A stretch of 64,000 nt of DNA from an uncultured candidate division Zixibacteria bacterium (GCA_963713865.1 OY970208.1:1856001-1920000); one strand, 5' to 3'; positions 48,541 to 58,968 are shown, counted from the first letter of the stretch. Notes: generated from the letters alone by a model not told the origin. Numbers and translations are program-made.

Positions 48541-48798
48541 ACAGGATTTGAACAAAAAAAAGGCTCCCAGCCATTTTAGTGGTGTAGGAGACAGCAATTA
48601 AATAAAAATTTTACTTGACTTTTGCTCTTGAAAATCGTAGATATTTATTGTCAACCATTAGGGCGCGGCTTGGCGCTGACCCGGCTGCAACTGCAGCTTA
48701 GAATGTAAGAAGGGCAAAAATCCCTTTTCCATCTGTACGGACTCCGCTCAAAGCACAAACCCTTTTTAAAAAACACTTTAACTCCAAAGGAGGAGTAA

Positions 48799-49126
48799 GT
48801 GAGTAACAACAAGCTATACGTAGGCAACCTGAGCTACATGACTGGTGAGGAGAAGCTCAGAGAAGCTTTTTCGGCCTACGGAACTGTAACCTCCATCACC
48901 ATAATCGAAGGAAAAGGATTCGGGTTTGTGGAGATGGAAACCGGTGAAGCCGCCCAGAGTGCCAAAGAGGCTCTGGATGGGAAAGAACTGGATGGTCGTA
49001 ACATCAAGGTGGACGAAGCCAGGCCCAGGGCCAAAAAGAAGCGGCGGCGGTGGCGGTGGATATGGAGGAGGGGGTGGTAGAGGAGGAGGGGACAGGGATT
49101 TTAAAAGAAGACGACCCAGATATTAA
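48799..49126 (+). CDS. RRM RNA-binding protein with Gly-rich tail; apparent +1 frameshift at ~49030
   Basis: KLYVGNL (RNP2), KGFGFVEM (RNP1); +1 frame continues PKRSGGGGGGYGGGGGRGGGDRDFKRRRPRY*. Confidence 0.85.
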
Positions 49127-49138
49127 CTCTGAATAGAA

Positions 49139-49171
49139 AAGGGTCGGTCTACTTTAAGTAGACCGACCCTT
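49139..49171 (+). terminator. Strong hairpin, probable terminator
   Basis: aagggtcggtctac-tttaa-gtagaccgaccctt. Confidence 0.65.
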
Positions 49172-49333
49172 ATAGTTTACTGAGTATTGTAGTATTGTAG
49201 TTGCTCGATTCATCGAGCAAAAAACAGCCCGATAGATGAACAACTGCAGTTCAGATAGTTCGGGGAATATAACGACACCAATAGAACCTCACCCTAACCC
49301 TCTCCTTATAAAGGAGAGGGTTAGGAGTTAGCT

Positions 49334-49639
49334 ATGCCATTTTCAAAAGAAAAATGGATCGAGATTGCCAGAAACAGAGGATTGGAAGAAGTAGGGGTTA
49401 AATTGATTGAAAAAATAGGTAAATGCCCTCATGCAGAAGGGAAAGTTTTTATATATGTTCATCCAAATTGCAGACCTGAAGGACTTTGCGGAGTAGCTTC
49501 CATTGCTATAGAGCCTTTTGTTCAGCGCTGTTCAGCCAGAGTCCCATCCTGGGAGAAAGACGACTCGAATATATATCGCATTCACTGTCCTTCAAAAAAA
49601 GGGACCATCTGGGAGATAAGGAGATTAAAAGATAAATAG
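49334..49639 (+). CDS. Small Cys-containing hypothetical protein (TIGR04076-like)
   Basis: G.CP...G, PEGLC..A, CP.....W pattern; AGGAG RBS. Confidence 0.55.
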   Translation: MPFSKEKWIEIARNRGLEEVGVKLIEKIGKCPHAEGKVFIYVHPNCRPEGLCGVASIAIEPFVQRCSARVPSWEKDDSNIYRIHCPSKKGTIWEIRRLKDK

Positions 49640-49881
49640 ATCTTTCTGCTCGGGCAGGGGTATAACACCTATCCATCCAAGGTTTCTCATCGTCAATCTT
49701 TTTACTCAGGGCTGTATTTTCGATGGTGAGGATACCAATGCAGAATCGCAGGAACAGAATCCGCCTAAGGTGGATTCTGTTCTTTCAGTCTGAATATGAT
49801 ATTTTACTTTTAAAAATAAAACTATTTTTCTATTGACATTCTTCAAAAAAAATATAAGATAGATAGGTCAAGAAGATAGTG

Positions 49882-49955
49882 CGGGGCGTGGCTCAGCCTG
49901 GTAGAGCACTTGGTTCGGGACCAAGGTGTCGTCCGTTCAAATCGGACCGCCCCGA
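49882..49955 (+). tRNA. tRNA-Pro(CGG)
   Basis: cggggcg...cgccccg; anticodon arm cttgg-ttCGGga-ccaag. Confidence 0.93.
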
Positions 49956-50001
49956 AAAATATAATTTTAAAAACGACCTGGGGGTAAAAGGGAGTTGTTA
50001 T

Positions 50002-50508
50002 ATGAAAGCAAAAGAAATGAAGAAAGAAGCAAAGAAAGAATTAAAGGAAGAAGGAAAAAAGGTTTTCATTGGAGTAATCGGTGCTGGTACCTGTTCCAAG
50101 AAAATCCATAGTACCGCAGTTGATGTAGGCAAATATATCGCCAAAGCAGGAGGAATCCTGGTTTGTGGTGGACTTGGCGGAGTGATGGAAGGGGCGGCTC
50201 AAGGAGCTAAGGAAAATGACGGGATAACTATAGGAATAATCCCTGGCGAAAACAGGGAAGAAGCTAATTCCTATATCGATTTTCCGATTGTAACCGGTTT
50301 TGGTGAAGGAAGGAATTTGATGGTTATCCGCAGTTCTGACGTTATCATCGCTTTGCCCGGTAAATATGGTACGTTGTCCGAGTTAGCCTTCTGCCTCAAA
50401 TTAGGTAAACCCGTAATCAGCATAAGCACTTGGGATGTCTCAGAGAGAATTATTAAAGCCAAAGATCCTAAAGAGGCAGTTAAGTTAGCCTTAGAACAAA
50501 TTAAGTAG
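50002..50508 (+). CDS. TIGR00725/LOG-family nucleotide-binding protein
   Basis: IGVIG, VCGGLGGVME, TG.GE.RN, G.YGTLSE; ATG 50002 (ORF-track start overlaps tRNA). Confidence 0.85.
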   Translation: MKAKEMKKEAKKELKEEGKKVFIGVIGAGTCSKKIHSTAVDVGKYIAKAGGILVCGGLGGVMEGAAQGAKENDGITIGIIPGENREEANSYIDFPIVTGFGEGRNLMVIRSSDVIIALPGKYGTLSELAFCLKLGKPVISISTWDVSERIIKAKDPKEAVKLALEQIK

Positions 50509-50510
50509 AG

Positions 50511-50795
50511 ATGAGCCCGGATAAGGTTACTGCACATATAATTGTTTCAGGAATAGTTCAAGGCGTAGGCTTCCGCTATTTTGTCTATCGTAAAGCAGGA
50601 GAATACAACCTTAAAGGTTATGTAAGAAATCTGCATAACGAAGATGTCGAGATAGAGGTTGAAGGTGACAAGGGGATGATACTGGATTTTATAAAGGATT
50701 TGAAAATAGGTCCACGTTCAGCTCACGTAACCGGAGTAAATATCGAGTGGCTGGAACATAAAAATAGTTATTCTGATTTTCAGATAAGATTTTAA
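50511..50795 (+). CDS. acyP: Acylphosphatase
   Basis: SG.VQGVGFR, GYVRN, GP..A.V. Confidence 0.93.
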   Translation: MSPDKVTAHIIVSGIVQGVGFRYFVYRKAGEYNLKGYVRNLHNEDVEIEVEGDKGMILDFIKDLKIGPRSAHVTGVNIEWLEHKNSYSDFQIRF

Positions 50796-50818
50796 TTGGC
50801 TTCTTGAAAGGAGATAAG

Positions 50819-51346
50819 ATGGCTCAAGATTTAAAAAGGCTAATCAGAAATGTCAAAGATTACCCGAAACCGGGAGTAATATTCAGGGATATCACTACTT
50901 TGCTTAAGAATGGAAAAGCATTTAAACGTGCTGTAGAGCTATTATATAAAAAATATAAAAACGAAAAAATCGATCTGATAGCTGCGGTGGAATCCAGAGG
51001 ATTTATCCTGGGAGGAGCCTTAGCTAACCAGATGGGAGTTGGTTTTATACCCATTCGAAAATTTGGAAAACTACCAGCAGATCGGATCGAGGAAAAATAT
51101 GATTTGGAATACGGAACCGATACTCTGGAAATTCACCGGGATGCAGTAAAAAAAAGACAGAGAGTTTTGGTTGTGGATGACCTTTTAGCCACAGGTGGAA
51201 CTCTCCAGGCCACTTGCAAGCTCATAGAAAAATTAGGAGGAAAGGTAGCTGGTATTCTGGTATTAATTGAGTTATCCTTCCTTAAAGGAAGGGAAAAACT
51301 CAAAAACTACGACCTTTTCTCTTTGATTAAGTACCATAAGGAGTAA
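50819..51346 (+). CDS. apt: Adenine phosphoribosyltransferase
   Basis: DYPKPG..FRDITTL, ESRGF, Y.LEYG, VDDLLATGGT. Confidence 0.95.
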   Translation: MAQDLKRLIRNVKDYPKPGVIFRDITTLLKNGKAFKRAVELLYKKYKNEKIDLIAAVESRGFILGGALANQMGVGFIPIRKFGKLPADRIEEKYDLEYGTDTLEIHRDAVKKRQRVLVVDDLLATGGTLQATCKLIEKLGGKVAGILVLIELSFLKGREKLKNYDLFSLIKYHKE

Positions 51347-51423
51347 AGTATAGTCTATAAAGCTTTTTTGGATGGGGGAAGGGACTAATCACCAATCACT
51401 ATTCACTAATCACTGCCTTTTCC

Positions 51424-51498
51424 GCCCCCGTAGCTCAGTTTGGATAGAGCAGCAGTTTCCTAAACTGTTGGCCGCCCGTTCAAGTCGGGCCGGGGGTA
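51424..51498 (+). tRNA. tRNA-Arg(CCT)
   Basis: gcccccg...cgggggt; anticodon arm gcagt-ttCCTaa-actgt; T arm gcccgttcaagtcgggc. Confidence 0.92.
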
Positions 51499-51624
51499 GA
51501 AATACAGATTAAAATTTGAGGTTTGGAGTTTATAGAAAAAAATTAAAAAAATGCTTGCCAAAAGAAAAACAGGTTTATATATTTAAAACTTAAATTGTGA
51601 GGTGAACCAAAAACTCAAAAAGGA

Positions 51625-53040
51625 GTGAGCCAGATGAAGTTAAAACTAACCCTTACAATCGGTTTGCTGGTCCTGGTCTTTGTCAACCTGGGATATCCTC
51701 AGGTTACAGTAACCAGAAACATTCTCGATTACAATTTCTTAGGAGGAGGAGCAAGGGCAAGAGCAATGGGAGGAGCTTTTTTTGCTGTATCAGATGACCC
51801 ATCCGCTGGCAGCTGGAATCCAGCCGGCCTGGTTCAGTTAGACAAATACCAGATGGGAGCAACTCTTTACTTCATAAATCCTAAAATGGATTATATTACC
51901 AGCTATACCACCTCTTCCTTTCCCAATTCATTAAAACAGACTAAATCCACTCTCTCTTTTGGCAGCGTAGTCATTCCATTCAAGCTTTTTAACAAGGATT
52001 TAGTCGGAAGCGTTCTTTATAACCGGGCTTCAGATATTTATGATAAACGTGTATATAATTTCTTGGGTGTTTATACTTATGGAGAAGTCTCTGTTAGAAT
52101 CTGGGATAAAACAGAAGAGGTTAAAGGAGGGCTTGATGTAGTAGTTCTTTCTCTGGGAGGTAAAGCCTATAAAGATTTATCCTTTGGTTTAGGTATAAAT
52201 GTTTATACTGGAAGTTATGAATATAATTCTGGACAATTAATAGATGTCAGCTGGGATGCAATATCCGATACGTCAGTTTACTACCACCCATATATAAAAG
52301 GAAGTTATTCCGGTGTTAATTTCGCCTTGGGCACGATGTATAAATATCAGGATTTAAGAGTTGGAGCAGTTGTGAAAACTCCTTTTAAATTAAAAGAGAA
52401 AGATGATGTTCAATATGTTTATGATATGATCGTGGATGGAGTAGTTAATCCTTATTCGATTCAATATGGAATAATCTGGCCTGTTGAATACAAACAGAAA
52501 TGGGAAATTCCTCTGATGATTGGATTTGGAGCTTCATATCAAATAAAAGGACTTACCTTAGCAGGGGATGTAGAGTTGAGGGATTTCAGTAGTTCAAAGT
52601 TGTTCTATCCGAAAAAATGGTGGGACCCTAATTCACCTGATACCTCTATTGCTTTAGATTGGAATTCCTTAACTCAATTCAGAATCGGAGGCGAATACTT
52701 ATTCCACAGCAAATATGGTACCATACCATTAAGAGCGGGTTTTAGAAACGACCCTAAGGTGTTTTCAGATTTGAAGAACGTAGAAATAAACTTCCCTTCT
52801 TCCATTAGTGGAAAAGACGAAATAACCATAATCAATCAGAAGAACGGAGATAAAGTCTCAGGGAACACCATCTCTTTGGGAACCGGAATAGGCTGGAAAC
52901 AGATAAAACTTGATTTTACTTATGAGTTAAGCCAGTATAAGACCGAGATGAGTGGTGAAAACTTAGGGGTTCCTTTTGATATTAAAGATATTGAGAAAAA
53001 AGATAATCGATTTCTGGTGAATTTCACCGGATTCTTTTAA
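51625..53040 (+). CDS. Outer-membrane beta-barrel (FadL/OmpP1/PorV-like)
   Basis: GARARAMGGAFFAVSDDPSA..WNPAGL; FRIGGEY, LRAG; terminal Phe. Confidence 0.8.
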   Translation: MSQMKLKLTLTIGLLVLVFVNLGYPQVTVTRNILDYNFLGGGARARAMGGAFFAVSDDPSAGSWNPAGLVQLDKYQMGATLYFINPKMDYITSYTTSSFPNSLKQTKSTLSFGSVVIPFKLFNKDLVGSVLYNRASDIYDKRVYNFLGVYTYGEVSVRIWDKTEEVKGGLDVVVLSLGGKAYKDLSFGLGINVYTGSYEYNSGQLIDVSWDAISDTSVYYHPYIKGSYSGVNFALGTMYKYQDLRVGAVVKTPFKLKEKDDVQYVYDMIVDGVVNPYSIQYGIIWPVEYKQKWEIPLMIGFGASYQIKGLTLAGDVELRDFSSSKLFYPKKWWDPNSPDTSIALDWNSLTQFRIGGEYLFHSKYGTIPLRAGFRNDPKVFSDLKNVEINFPSSISGKDEITIINQKNGDKVSGNTISLGTGIGWKQIKLDFTYELSQYKTEMSGENLGVPFDIKDIEKKDNRFLVNFTGFF

Positions 53041-53060
53041 TCTTCTAAAGAGCTATCCAG

Positions 53061-53093
53061 AGGCGAAGTTCAACAAAGAGCTTCGCCTTTTTT
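53061..53093 (+). terminator. Intrinsic terminator
   Basis: aggcgaagttc-aacaaa-gagcttcgcct + T6. Confidence 0.8.
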
Positions 53094-53169
53094 ATAAAAG
53101 GCTTGATTAGTTATGGAATTTTATTAAAATGATTTGTTATAGTTGCTTGATTCATCGGGTAACTCTGTT

Positions 53170-53300
53170 TGTCATTCTAAGGGAGTCACGCCTTTGATAG
53201 ACGACCGAAGAATCTGCGTAGGTTAGCCTGAGGCAGATTCTTCGCCCCCGGCAGAGGATTCAGAATGACACAGTGTCATATATGGAGAATCAGAATGAAA
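53170..53300. repeat. TGTC-tagged palindromic repeats
   Basis: tgtcattctaa...gaagaatct; agattcttcg...tcagaatgaca. Confidence 0.7.
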
Positions 53301-53351
53301 ATCAGTCATATTTGATAAAATTAAAATTACTTTATTCAGGAGGTAATTAAT

Positions 53352-54038
53352 ATGAGCCCTAAAAAAGTAAAGATAACCAAACACCAGATGAAAGAGGACA
53401 AGCTGGTTACTACCACTTTCCAATTCACCCAATATATCCAGAAACATTCCAGTAAGTTTTTGATAGTCGGTGCAGGGGTAGTAGTTGTGATATTGATAGC
53501 GATATTTTTTATTTCATCCAGTAGGGTGCGCAACCAAAAAGCCTTAGAGCTGCTGGGAAAAGCCAGGGTAGAGCTGCAGGCAGGAGAATTTCAACAAGCC
53601 ACCACAGACCTGCAGACTATCTGGAGAAATTATGGTGGAACCAAAGCAGGACAGGAAGCTTTATATCTCTTAGGGAATACTTTTTATTATGGTCGGGATT
53701 ATGATCAAGCATTAAGGCATTTTCAAAACTTTGTTAATAAATATCCTAAAACTGACCTGCTCCTTTTATCCGGAGCTTACTCCGGCATAGGGGATTGTCA
53801 TATGCAGAAAAGAGAATATTCCCAGGCAGCAGAATATTACCTTAAAGCTGCAGACAAGAATCCGGATGATTTTGTCGTTCCAAATTTATTATTATTATCT
53901 GCTCAGGCTTATTCTTATGCCAATCAGCCTGACAAAGCTAAAGAGATATATCAGAGGATAATCCAGAAATATCCTGATTCCAAAGCTGTATTTCAAGCCC
54001 GTTTAGAGTTAGCAGAACTTTCTATACAAAAAAGTTAA
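53352..54038 (+). CDS. Membrane-anchored TPR protein (YfgM/CpoB-like)
   Basis: K..MKED.L N-terminus, TM helix, TPR repeats, ..YP.S. Confidence 0.78.
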   Translation: MSPKKVKITKHQMKEDKLVTTTFQFTQYIQKHSSKFLIVGAGVVVVILIAIFFISSSRVRNQKALELLGKARVELQAGEFQQATTDLQTIWRNYGGTKAGQEALYLLGNTFYYGRDYDQALRHFQNFVNKYPKTDLLLLSGAYSGIGDCHMQKREYSQAAEYYLKAADKNPDDFVVPNLLLLSAQAYSYANQPDKAKEIYQRIIQKYPDSKAVFQARLELAELSIQKS

Positions 54039-54052
54039 AGACGAATGATACT

Positions 54053-56284
54053 ATGAATGGAAATTCGAAAAAGCCATTGAAAGTTGCATTTATCTGGCAT
54101 ATGCATCAGCCTTATTATAAGGAGATAAAAACCAATCGCTATCTTCTGCCCTGGGTCAGATTGCATGCTTTAAAAGATTATTATGATATGGTAGCTATCC
54201 TTGATAACTACCCTAAAATCTCGCAGACTTTCAACCTGGTTCCTTCATTAATTGAACAGGTTCAGGATTATGCATCTCAGTCAGTCTATGACCGGCATCT
54301 ACTTTTAACTGAGAAACGGGCGGATGAGCTTACTGATGATGAAAGATTAGAGGTGATCAGAGATTTTTTTATGGGTAACCAGGTAACTATGATCAAACCC
54401 TACCCTCGCTTTTATCAACTTTTTCTCAAAAGGGGAGAAGACCCAGAGAAGTACAGTCAAGCAATTCAGAAATTCACTCATCAGGACCTTCTTGATTTAC
54501 AGGTCTGGTCAAATTTAACCTGGTTTGATCCCATCTTCAGAAAAGATAAAGAATTAGCACCTTTGTTCAAAAAGAAGGAGAATTTTACTGAAGAAAATAA
54601 AAAAGAGATGATTTCCAAGCAGAAGAAAATCATCTGTGCAATTCTTCCAAAATATAAAGAGCTAAAGGACAAGGGGCAGATAGAAATAACCATATCCCCC
54701 TGTTACCACCCTATTTTGCCTTTGCTCTGCGATATCGGTATATCCAAAGTATCCCAACCTAACCTAATTTTACCTCATCGAAAATTTAATCATCCTGAAG
54801 ATGCCATAGCTCAGGTAAATTGTGGAATCGAGATTTTTGAAAAAGTTTTTGGAGGAAAACCCAAAGGAATGTGGCCCTCAGAGGGAGGGGTAAGTGAAGA
54901 TATTATACCCATTATGGCTCAAGCAGGTATTGAATGGTCTGCTACAGATGAAGAGATTTTATATTTAAGTCTTGGAGTCACAGATGCTTCCAACCATAAT
55001 AAAATCAAACTGTTATATAAACCGTACGAAGTAACAGTTAAAGAGAATAAAGTGGTTTTCTTTTTTAGAGATCATCTCCTGTCAGACTTAATCGGATTCG
55101 TCTATTCACACTGGGACCCAAAGAAAGCTGCAGATGATTTTATTAAAAGGCTTCTGGAAATCAGAAAGAACCTCAACGATGAGGAGTTAAATGATTTCCT
55201 GGTAAGCATTATCCTGGATGGGGAGAATTGCTGGGAGTATTATAAAAACGATGGTTCGGATTTCCTCAATGCTCTTTACTCAGGGTTTTCAGATGAAAAT
55301 CTAATTCAAACAACTACGATAAGCAAATTTTTAGAAGCTAAGCCCGGCGTAGCTGCTGAGGCTCAGGTAAAATCCAAACTCACCAAACTCTATCCTGGTT
55401 CCTGGATTGACCATAACTTTAAAATATGGATTGGTGAGCAACCCGATAATTTAGCCTGGGACCTGCTTAAAGAGGCACGGGATAAATTAGTTGAATTTTC
55501 TGATCTTAGATCCAGAGAAAAAGATAAGAAGGGAGTAGGTATTATCGAAGAAAAGTTAAAAGCCGCCTGGAAGGAAATCTATATAGCTGAAGGTAGCGAT
55601 TGGTGCTGGTGGTATGGAAGTGAACATTCAGGTCCGGGCAGCGAGCTCTTTGACCTGCTTTTCCGTTCCCATCTTCTATCCGTATATGAATTGATAGACT
55701 TAGAACCGCCGGAAACGCTCTTCAATCCTTTAAGAGCTGGTGTAAAGGAATTAGCTATTCAAGAACCGGTAAGCCTTATCACCCCAACCCTGGATGGGAA
55801 AGTAACCCATTATTATGAATGGGAGGGAGCAGGCGTTCTCGATTGTGTTAAACTCAGCGGGGTAATCAAGAGAGCCGTAAGTATATTTAAACAGATCCAT
55901 TTTGGAAACGATTTGGAAAATCTTTACATAAGAATAGATACGGTCCTTCCTATAGAAAAATACTTCTCTGAGAATTATCAATTTGAACTGGAGATTATGA
56001 TACCAGCACGTTTTAAAATTTCTATTTCCAAAGAGAAAGCCGATTTTAATAAATATATTCCAGAAAAAAAACAGTGGGTAGAGGTTCCCGTTCCAGTTAT
56101 TTATCAATTCTCAAAAGTGCTTGAGCTTTCTTTGCCCCTTTCGATCTTTGAGCCGGGAAAGGAGAAGGGTTTTCAATTTAGATTAAGGGTTAAAAAAGGA
56201 GAGGATGAAATAGAAAAATGTCCGGAGATCGATCTTGTAAAATTTAACATCCTGCAGGAAGATAAAAGCCCTATTTACTGGTAG
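54053..56284 (+). CDS. Glycoside hydrolase family 57 (amylopullulanase-like)
   Basis: WHMHQP, PWVRLH..KDY, HPILPLL, G.WPSEG, ILDGENCWE, AEGSDWCWW. Confidence 0.92.
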   Translation: MNGNSKKPLKVAFIWHMHQPYYKEIKTNRYLLPWVRLHALKDYYDMVAILDNYPKISQTFNLVPSLIEQVQDYASQSVYDRHLLLTEKRADELTDDERLEVIRDFFMGNQVTMIKPYPRFYQLFLKRGEDPEKYSQAIQKFTHQDLLDLQVWSNLTWFDPIFRKDKELAPLFKKKENFTEENKKEMISKQKKIICAILPKYKELKDKGQIEITISPCYHPILPLLCDIGISKVSQPNLILPHRKFNHPEDAIAQVNCGIEIFEKVFGGKPKGMWPSEGGVSEDIIPIMAQAGIEWSATDEEILYLSLGVTDASNHNKIKLLYKPYEVTVKENKVVFFFRDHLLSDLIGFVYSHWDPKKAADDFIKRLLEIRKNLNDEELNDFLVSIILDGENCWEYYKNDGSDFLNALYSGFSDENLIQTTTISKFLEAKPGVAAEAQVKSKLTKLYPGSWIDHNFKIWIGEQPDNLAWDLLKEARDKLVEFSDLRSREKDKKGVGIIEEKLKAAWKEIYIAEGSDWCWWYGSEHSGPGSELFDLLFRSHLLSVYELIDLEPPETLFNPLRAGVKELAIQEPVSLITPTLDGKVTHYYEWEGAGVLDCVKLSGVIKRAVSIFKQIHFGNDLENLYIRIDTVLPIEKYFSENYQFELEIMIPARFKISISKEKADFNKYIPEKKQWVEVPVPVIYQFSKVLELSLPLSIFEPGKEKGFQFRLRVKKGEDEIEKCPEIDLVKFNILQEDKSPIYW

Positions 56285-56356
56285 TAAAAATGTTTAGCAG
56301 GGACAGAATCCGCCTGAAGCGGATTCTGTCCTGATAGAGTTTAAAAAGGTTCAGCG

Positions 56357-56725
56357 ATGGATGAATTAGAGTCAAAAAAAGCTGAAGAAGAAAATAAATC
56401 TAAGTCCACACCATCTGAAGAGGAGCTCATCCAGGAAGGGAAAGCAGCCGCTATCCTGGGCTATATCCCTTTTATGTGTTTCGTGCCTCTGGTTAAGATG
56501 AAAGATAATCCTTTTGCGGTTAAACACGGGAAGCAGGGACTGATCCTTTTCTTCTTAGAGATAATCGCAGCGGTTTTTCTTCTGCCCAAAATAAGCCAGC
56601 TTTTCTGGGGAATGGTAATCATACTCTGTTTGATTTCAGCTCTAGCCGGAATACTGAATGCCGTCCAGGGGAAGGAATGGAAAATACCATTTATTGGCGA
56701 ATTAGGAGATAGGCTAAAACTATAA
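56357..56725 (+). CDS. DUF4870-like small membrane protein
   Basis: A.LGY, F..KH.KQGL.LF, G..NA.QG.E..IP.IG. Confidence 0.72.
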   Translation: MDELESKKAEEENKSKSTPSEEELIQEGKAAAILGYIPFMCFVPLVKMKDNPFAVKHGKQGLILFFLEIIAAVFLLPKISQLFWGMVIILCLISALAGILNAVQGKEWKIPFIGELGDRLKL

Positions 56726-56828
56726 GTCTTTTCAGCTCTTCGCTGGTGTTCTCATCAGCGAATGCAAAGTCGAACTAGGGACGACCAGCTGAAGGCGTCT
56801 CACAAAATTTTTACGAGGGCTAAAATAA

Positions 56829-57803
56829 GTGATCAAAATAACCGTAGTGGGCAGCTACCCAAAAATAAGCTCGGATAAGAACGTTCCCAATCTGAGAAAC
56901 GCTTTGAACCAGTTTGAACAGAACAAGATCTCGGAGGAAAAGTTAGAAGAGGTTTATAAGGCTACCATTATAAGGGTTTTAAAAGAACAGGAGGATGCCG
57001 GAATCGACATTATCACTGACGGGCAGATAAGATGGGACGATCTTTTGACTCCCTTTGCTAAGAATATAAAAGGGTGCGAAGTAAACGGACTTCTGAGATT
57101 TTTCGATAATAATTTTTATTATCGCAAGCCGGTGATAAAATCTAAAATGGTTTTTAAAGATTTTACTACTCTTGAGGACTTCAAATTCGCCAGAGCCAAT
57201 TCTAATCAGAGCTTGAAAGTGGTTCTGCCGGGTTGTCTGACTTTTTCGGGATTATCCCTGGATGAATATTATAAGGATTTAATGAGTTTTGGAATGGATT
57301 ACCGTCAGATTTTGAAAAAAGAGATTCAGGGATTAGACCTGGAGGGGATAGAATATATCCAGGTAGATGAACCTTCATTATGCTTCGTTCCCCGGGAGAT
57401 AAGCTTATTGAAAGAAAGTCTAAGGTTCATCTTTTCCGGTATAAAGGCTAAAACTATTCTTTTTTTGTATTTCGGGAAGATAGAATCTTTAATACCTGAG
57501 CTTTTTGATCTCCCCGTGGATATAATCGGCATTGACCTGGTAAGCAAACCTGAGAATCTATCTTTTATCTTAGAAGCTGATTTAAAAAAAGAGCTGATCC
57601 TGGGCTGTTTGGATGCCCGGAATACCAAAATGGAAGATGAAAAGGAGATCCTCAAGCTCATCGAGAAAGTCTCCAAAAAGATTCCTCCTGAGAAAATCTA
57701 TATCAGCCCCTCCTGCGGGCTTGAATTTTTACCACATGAAAATGCCTTGAAGAAATTAAAACTTTTATCTTCCATTGCATATCGGTTTAATCATATGGGC
57801 TAA
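56829..57803 (+). CDS. Cobalamin-independent methionine synthase, N-terminal half (split MetE, lacks Zn ligands)
   Basis: VGSYP, Q..AG.D.ITDGQ.RWDD, RFFDNNFYYR.P, QVDEP; no HxC motif. Confidence 0.8.
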   Translation: MIKITVVGSYPKISSDKNVPNLRNALNQFEQNKISEEKLEEVYKATIIRVLKEQEDAGIDIITDGQIRWDDLLTPFAKNIKGCEVNGLLRFFDNNFYYRKPVIKSKMVFKDFTTLEDFKFARANSNQSLKVVLPGCLTFSGLSLDEYYKDLMSFGMDYRQILKKEIQGLDLEGIEYIQVDEPSLCFVPREISLLKESLRFIFSGIKAKTILFLYFGKIESLIPELFDLPVDIIGIDLVSKPENLSFILEADLKKELILGCLDARNTKMEDEKEILKLIEKVSKKIPPEKIYISPSCGLEFLPHENALKKLKLLSSIAYRFNHMG

Positions 57804-57816
57804 AATATTCTGGAAA

Positions 57817-57934
57817 TGAGATACTGCCCCCGCTAAAAGCGGGATCAGTATGACAGATTAAATTTAACTGCCATTCTGCGGGACGACCGAAGAACCCGTA
57901 TACAGATTCTTCGCCCTGCGGGCTCAGAATGACA
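57817..57934. repeat. TGTC-tagged palindromic repeats between the two metE halves
   Basis: agatactg-cccccgctaaaagcggg-atcagtatgaca; gccattctgcg...gaagaacc; agattcttcgccctgcgggctcagaatgaca. Confidence 0.7.
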
Positions 57935-57947
57935 AGGAGGAGAGAAG

Positions 57948-58913
57948 ATGCTTCTCACGACCAGCGTAGGCAGCTTTCCCAAACCAGACTACTTGGCTAA
58001 GGCTCGAACACAGTTCTCGCGGGGTGAAATTACTCAAGAAGAGTTACATCTTTTAGAGAGAAAAGCAACGGCTGAGGTCATAAAATTCCAGGAGGAGATA
58101 GGCATAGATATACTTGTCCATGGCGAGATGGAAAGGGGGGATATGACCACCTATTTTGCAGAGATATTAGAAGGGTTCGGTATTAGCGGACTGGTTCGCT
58201 CCTACGGAAATAGATATTATAGAAAACCGGTTATCTTGGGAAAAGTAAAAAGAAATACCCCGATGACAGTTGAAACCTTTAAGTATGCTCAGAGCTTGAC
58301 TCCAAAACCGGTTAAAGGTATGCTCACCGGACCTTATACTATGATGGACTGGTCTTTTAATGAGTATTATCCCTCCAGAAAAGATACGGCTTTAGCTTTA
58401 GCTGAAGTAATCCATCAGGAAGTTTTCGACTTGGAAAAAGCCGGGGCTAAATATATTCAGATAGATGAGCCCGCCTTATCCACGCGGCCAGAGGAGATAG
58501 ATTTAGCCATAGAGGCCATGGCTATAGTTACCAGAGGGATAAAAGCAAAAACTATCAGTCATATCTGTTATGGTGATTTCTCTAAAATCTATCCGAGACT
58601 TTTGGATTTTCCGGTTGATCAGCTTGACTTGGAGTTTGCCAATAGCAATTTCTCCAATTTAGACCTCTTCAGAAATCCCAAATTTACCAAAGAGATTGCA
58701 GTCGGAGTAATAGATGTGCATAGTCATAGAATCGAGACTAAAGAGCAGGTAAAAGCCAATATTAAAAAAGCTTTAGAAGTTTTTCCTTTAGAGAAAGTCT
58801 ATATCGACCCGGATTGCGGGCTGAAAACCAGAACTGTAGAAGAAGCCCAGGCTAAGCTTAAAGTAATGGTTGAAGCTGTGCGGGAAGTCAAGAAAGAATT
58901 GGGAATTGAGTAG
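57948..58913 (+). CDS. metE: Cobalamin-independent methionine synthase, catalytic C-terminal half
   Basis: TTSVGSFP, HGE.ER.DM, KGMLTGPYT, IQIDEPA, Zn ligands HIC and PDCGLKT. Confidence 0.88.
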   Translation: MLLTTSVGSFPKPDYLAKARTQFSRGEITQEELHLLERKATAEVIKFQEEIGIDILVHGEMERGDMTTYFAEILEGFGISGLVRSYGNRYYRKPVILGKVKRNTPMTVETFKYAQSLTPKPVKGMLTGPYTMMDWSFNEYYPSRKDTALALAEVIHQEVFDLEKAGAKYIQIDEPALSTRPEEIDLAIEAMAIVTRGIKAKTISHICYGDFSKIYPRLLDFPVDQLDLEFANSNFSNLDLFRNPKFTKEIAVGVIDVHSHRIETKEQVKANIKKALEVFPLEKVYIDPDCGLKTRTVEEAQAKLKVMVEAVREVKKELGIE

Positions 58914-58960
58914 CGCGACCCTTTTAGGGTCGCAATGCGAGGCTGAAAGCCTCGCGCTAC
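58910..58960. repeat. Inverted GTAG REP doublet beginning on the metE stop codon
   Basis: GTAG-cgcgacccttttagggtcgc-aat-gcgaggctgaaagcctcgcg-CTAC. Confidence 0.8.
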
Positions 58961-58968
58961 GAAATAAC

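Noticed and set aside
49879-50001. N-terminal extension of the TIGR00725 ORF
   Set aside because: Translates tRNA-Pro(CGG); real start is ATG 50002 with GGGAG RBS.
56725-56828. SAM riboswitch upstream of the metE genes
   Set aside because: Contains ctcatc but no SAM-I core (AUC.AGA...GA.GGA..GGCCC, GGUGC.AA); reads as a repeat-type hairpin (ttcgctg...cagcgaa).
58870-58968. N-terminal extension of yitJ ORF
   Set aside because: Overlaps the metE end and a REP doublet; ATG 58969 fits the homologous start.
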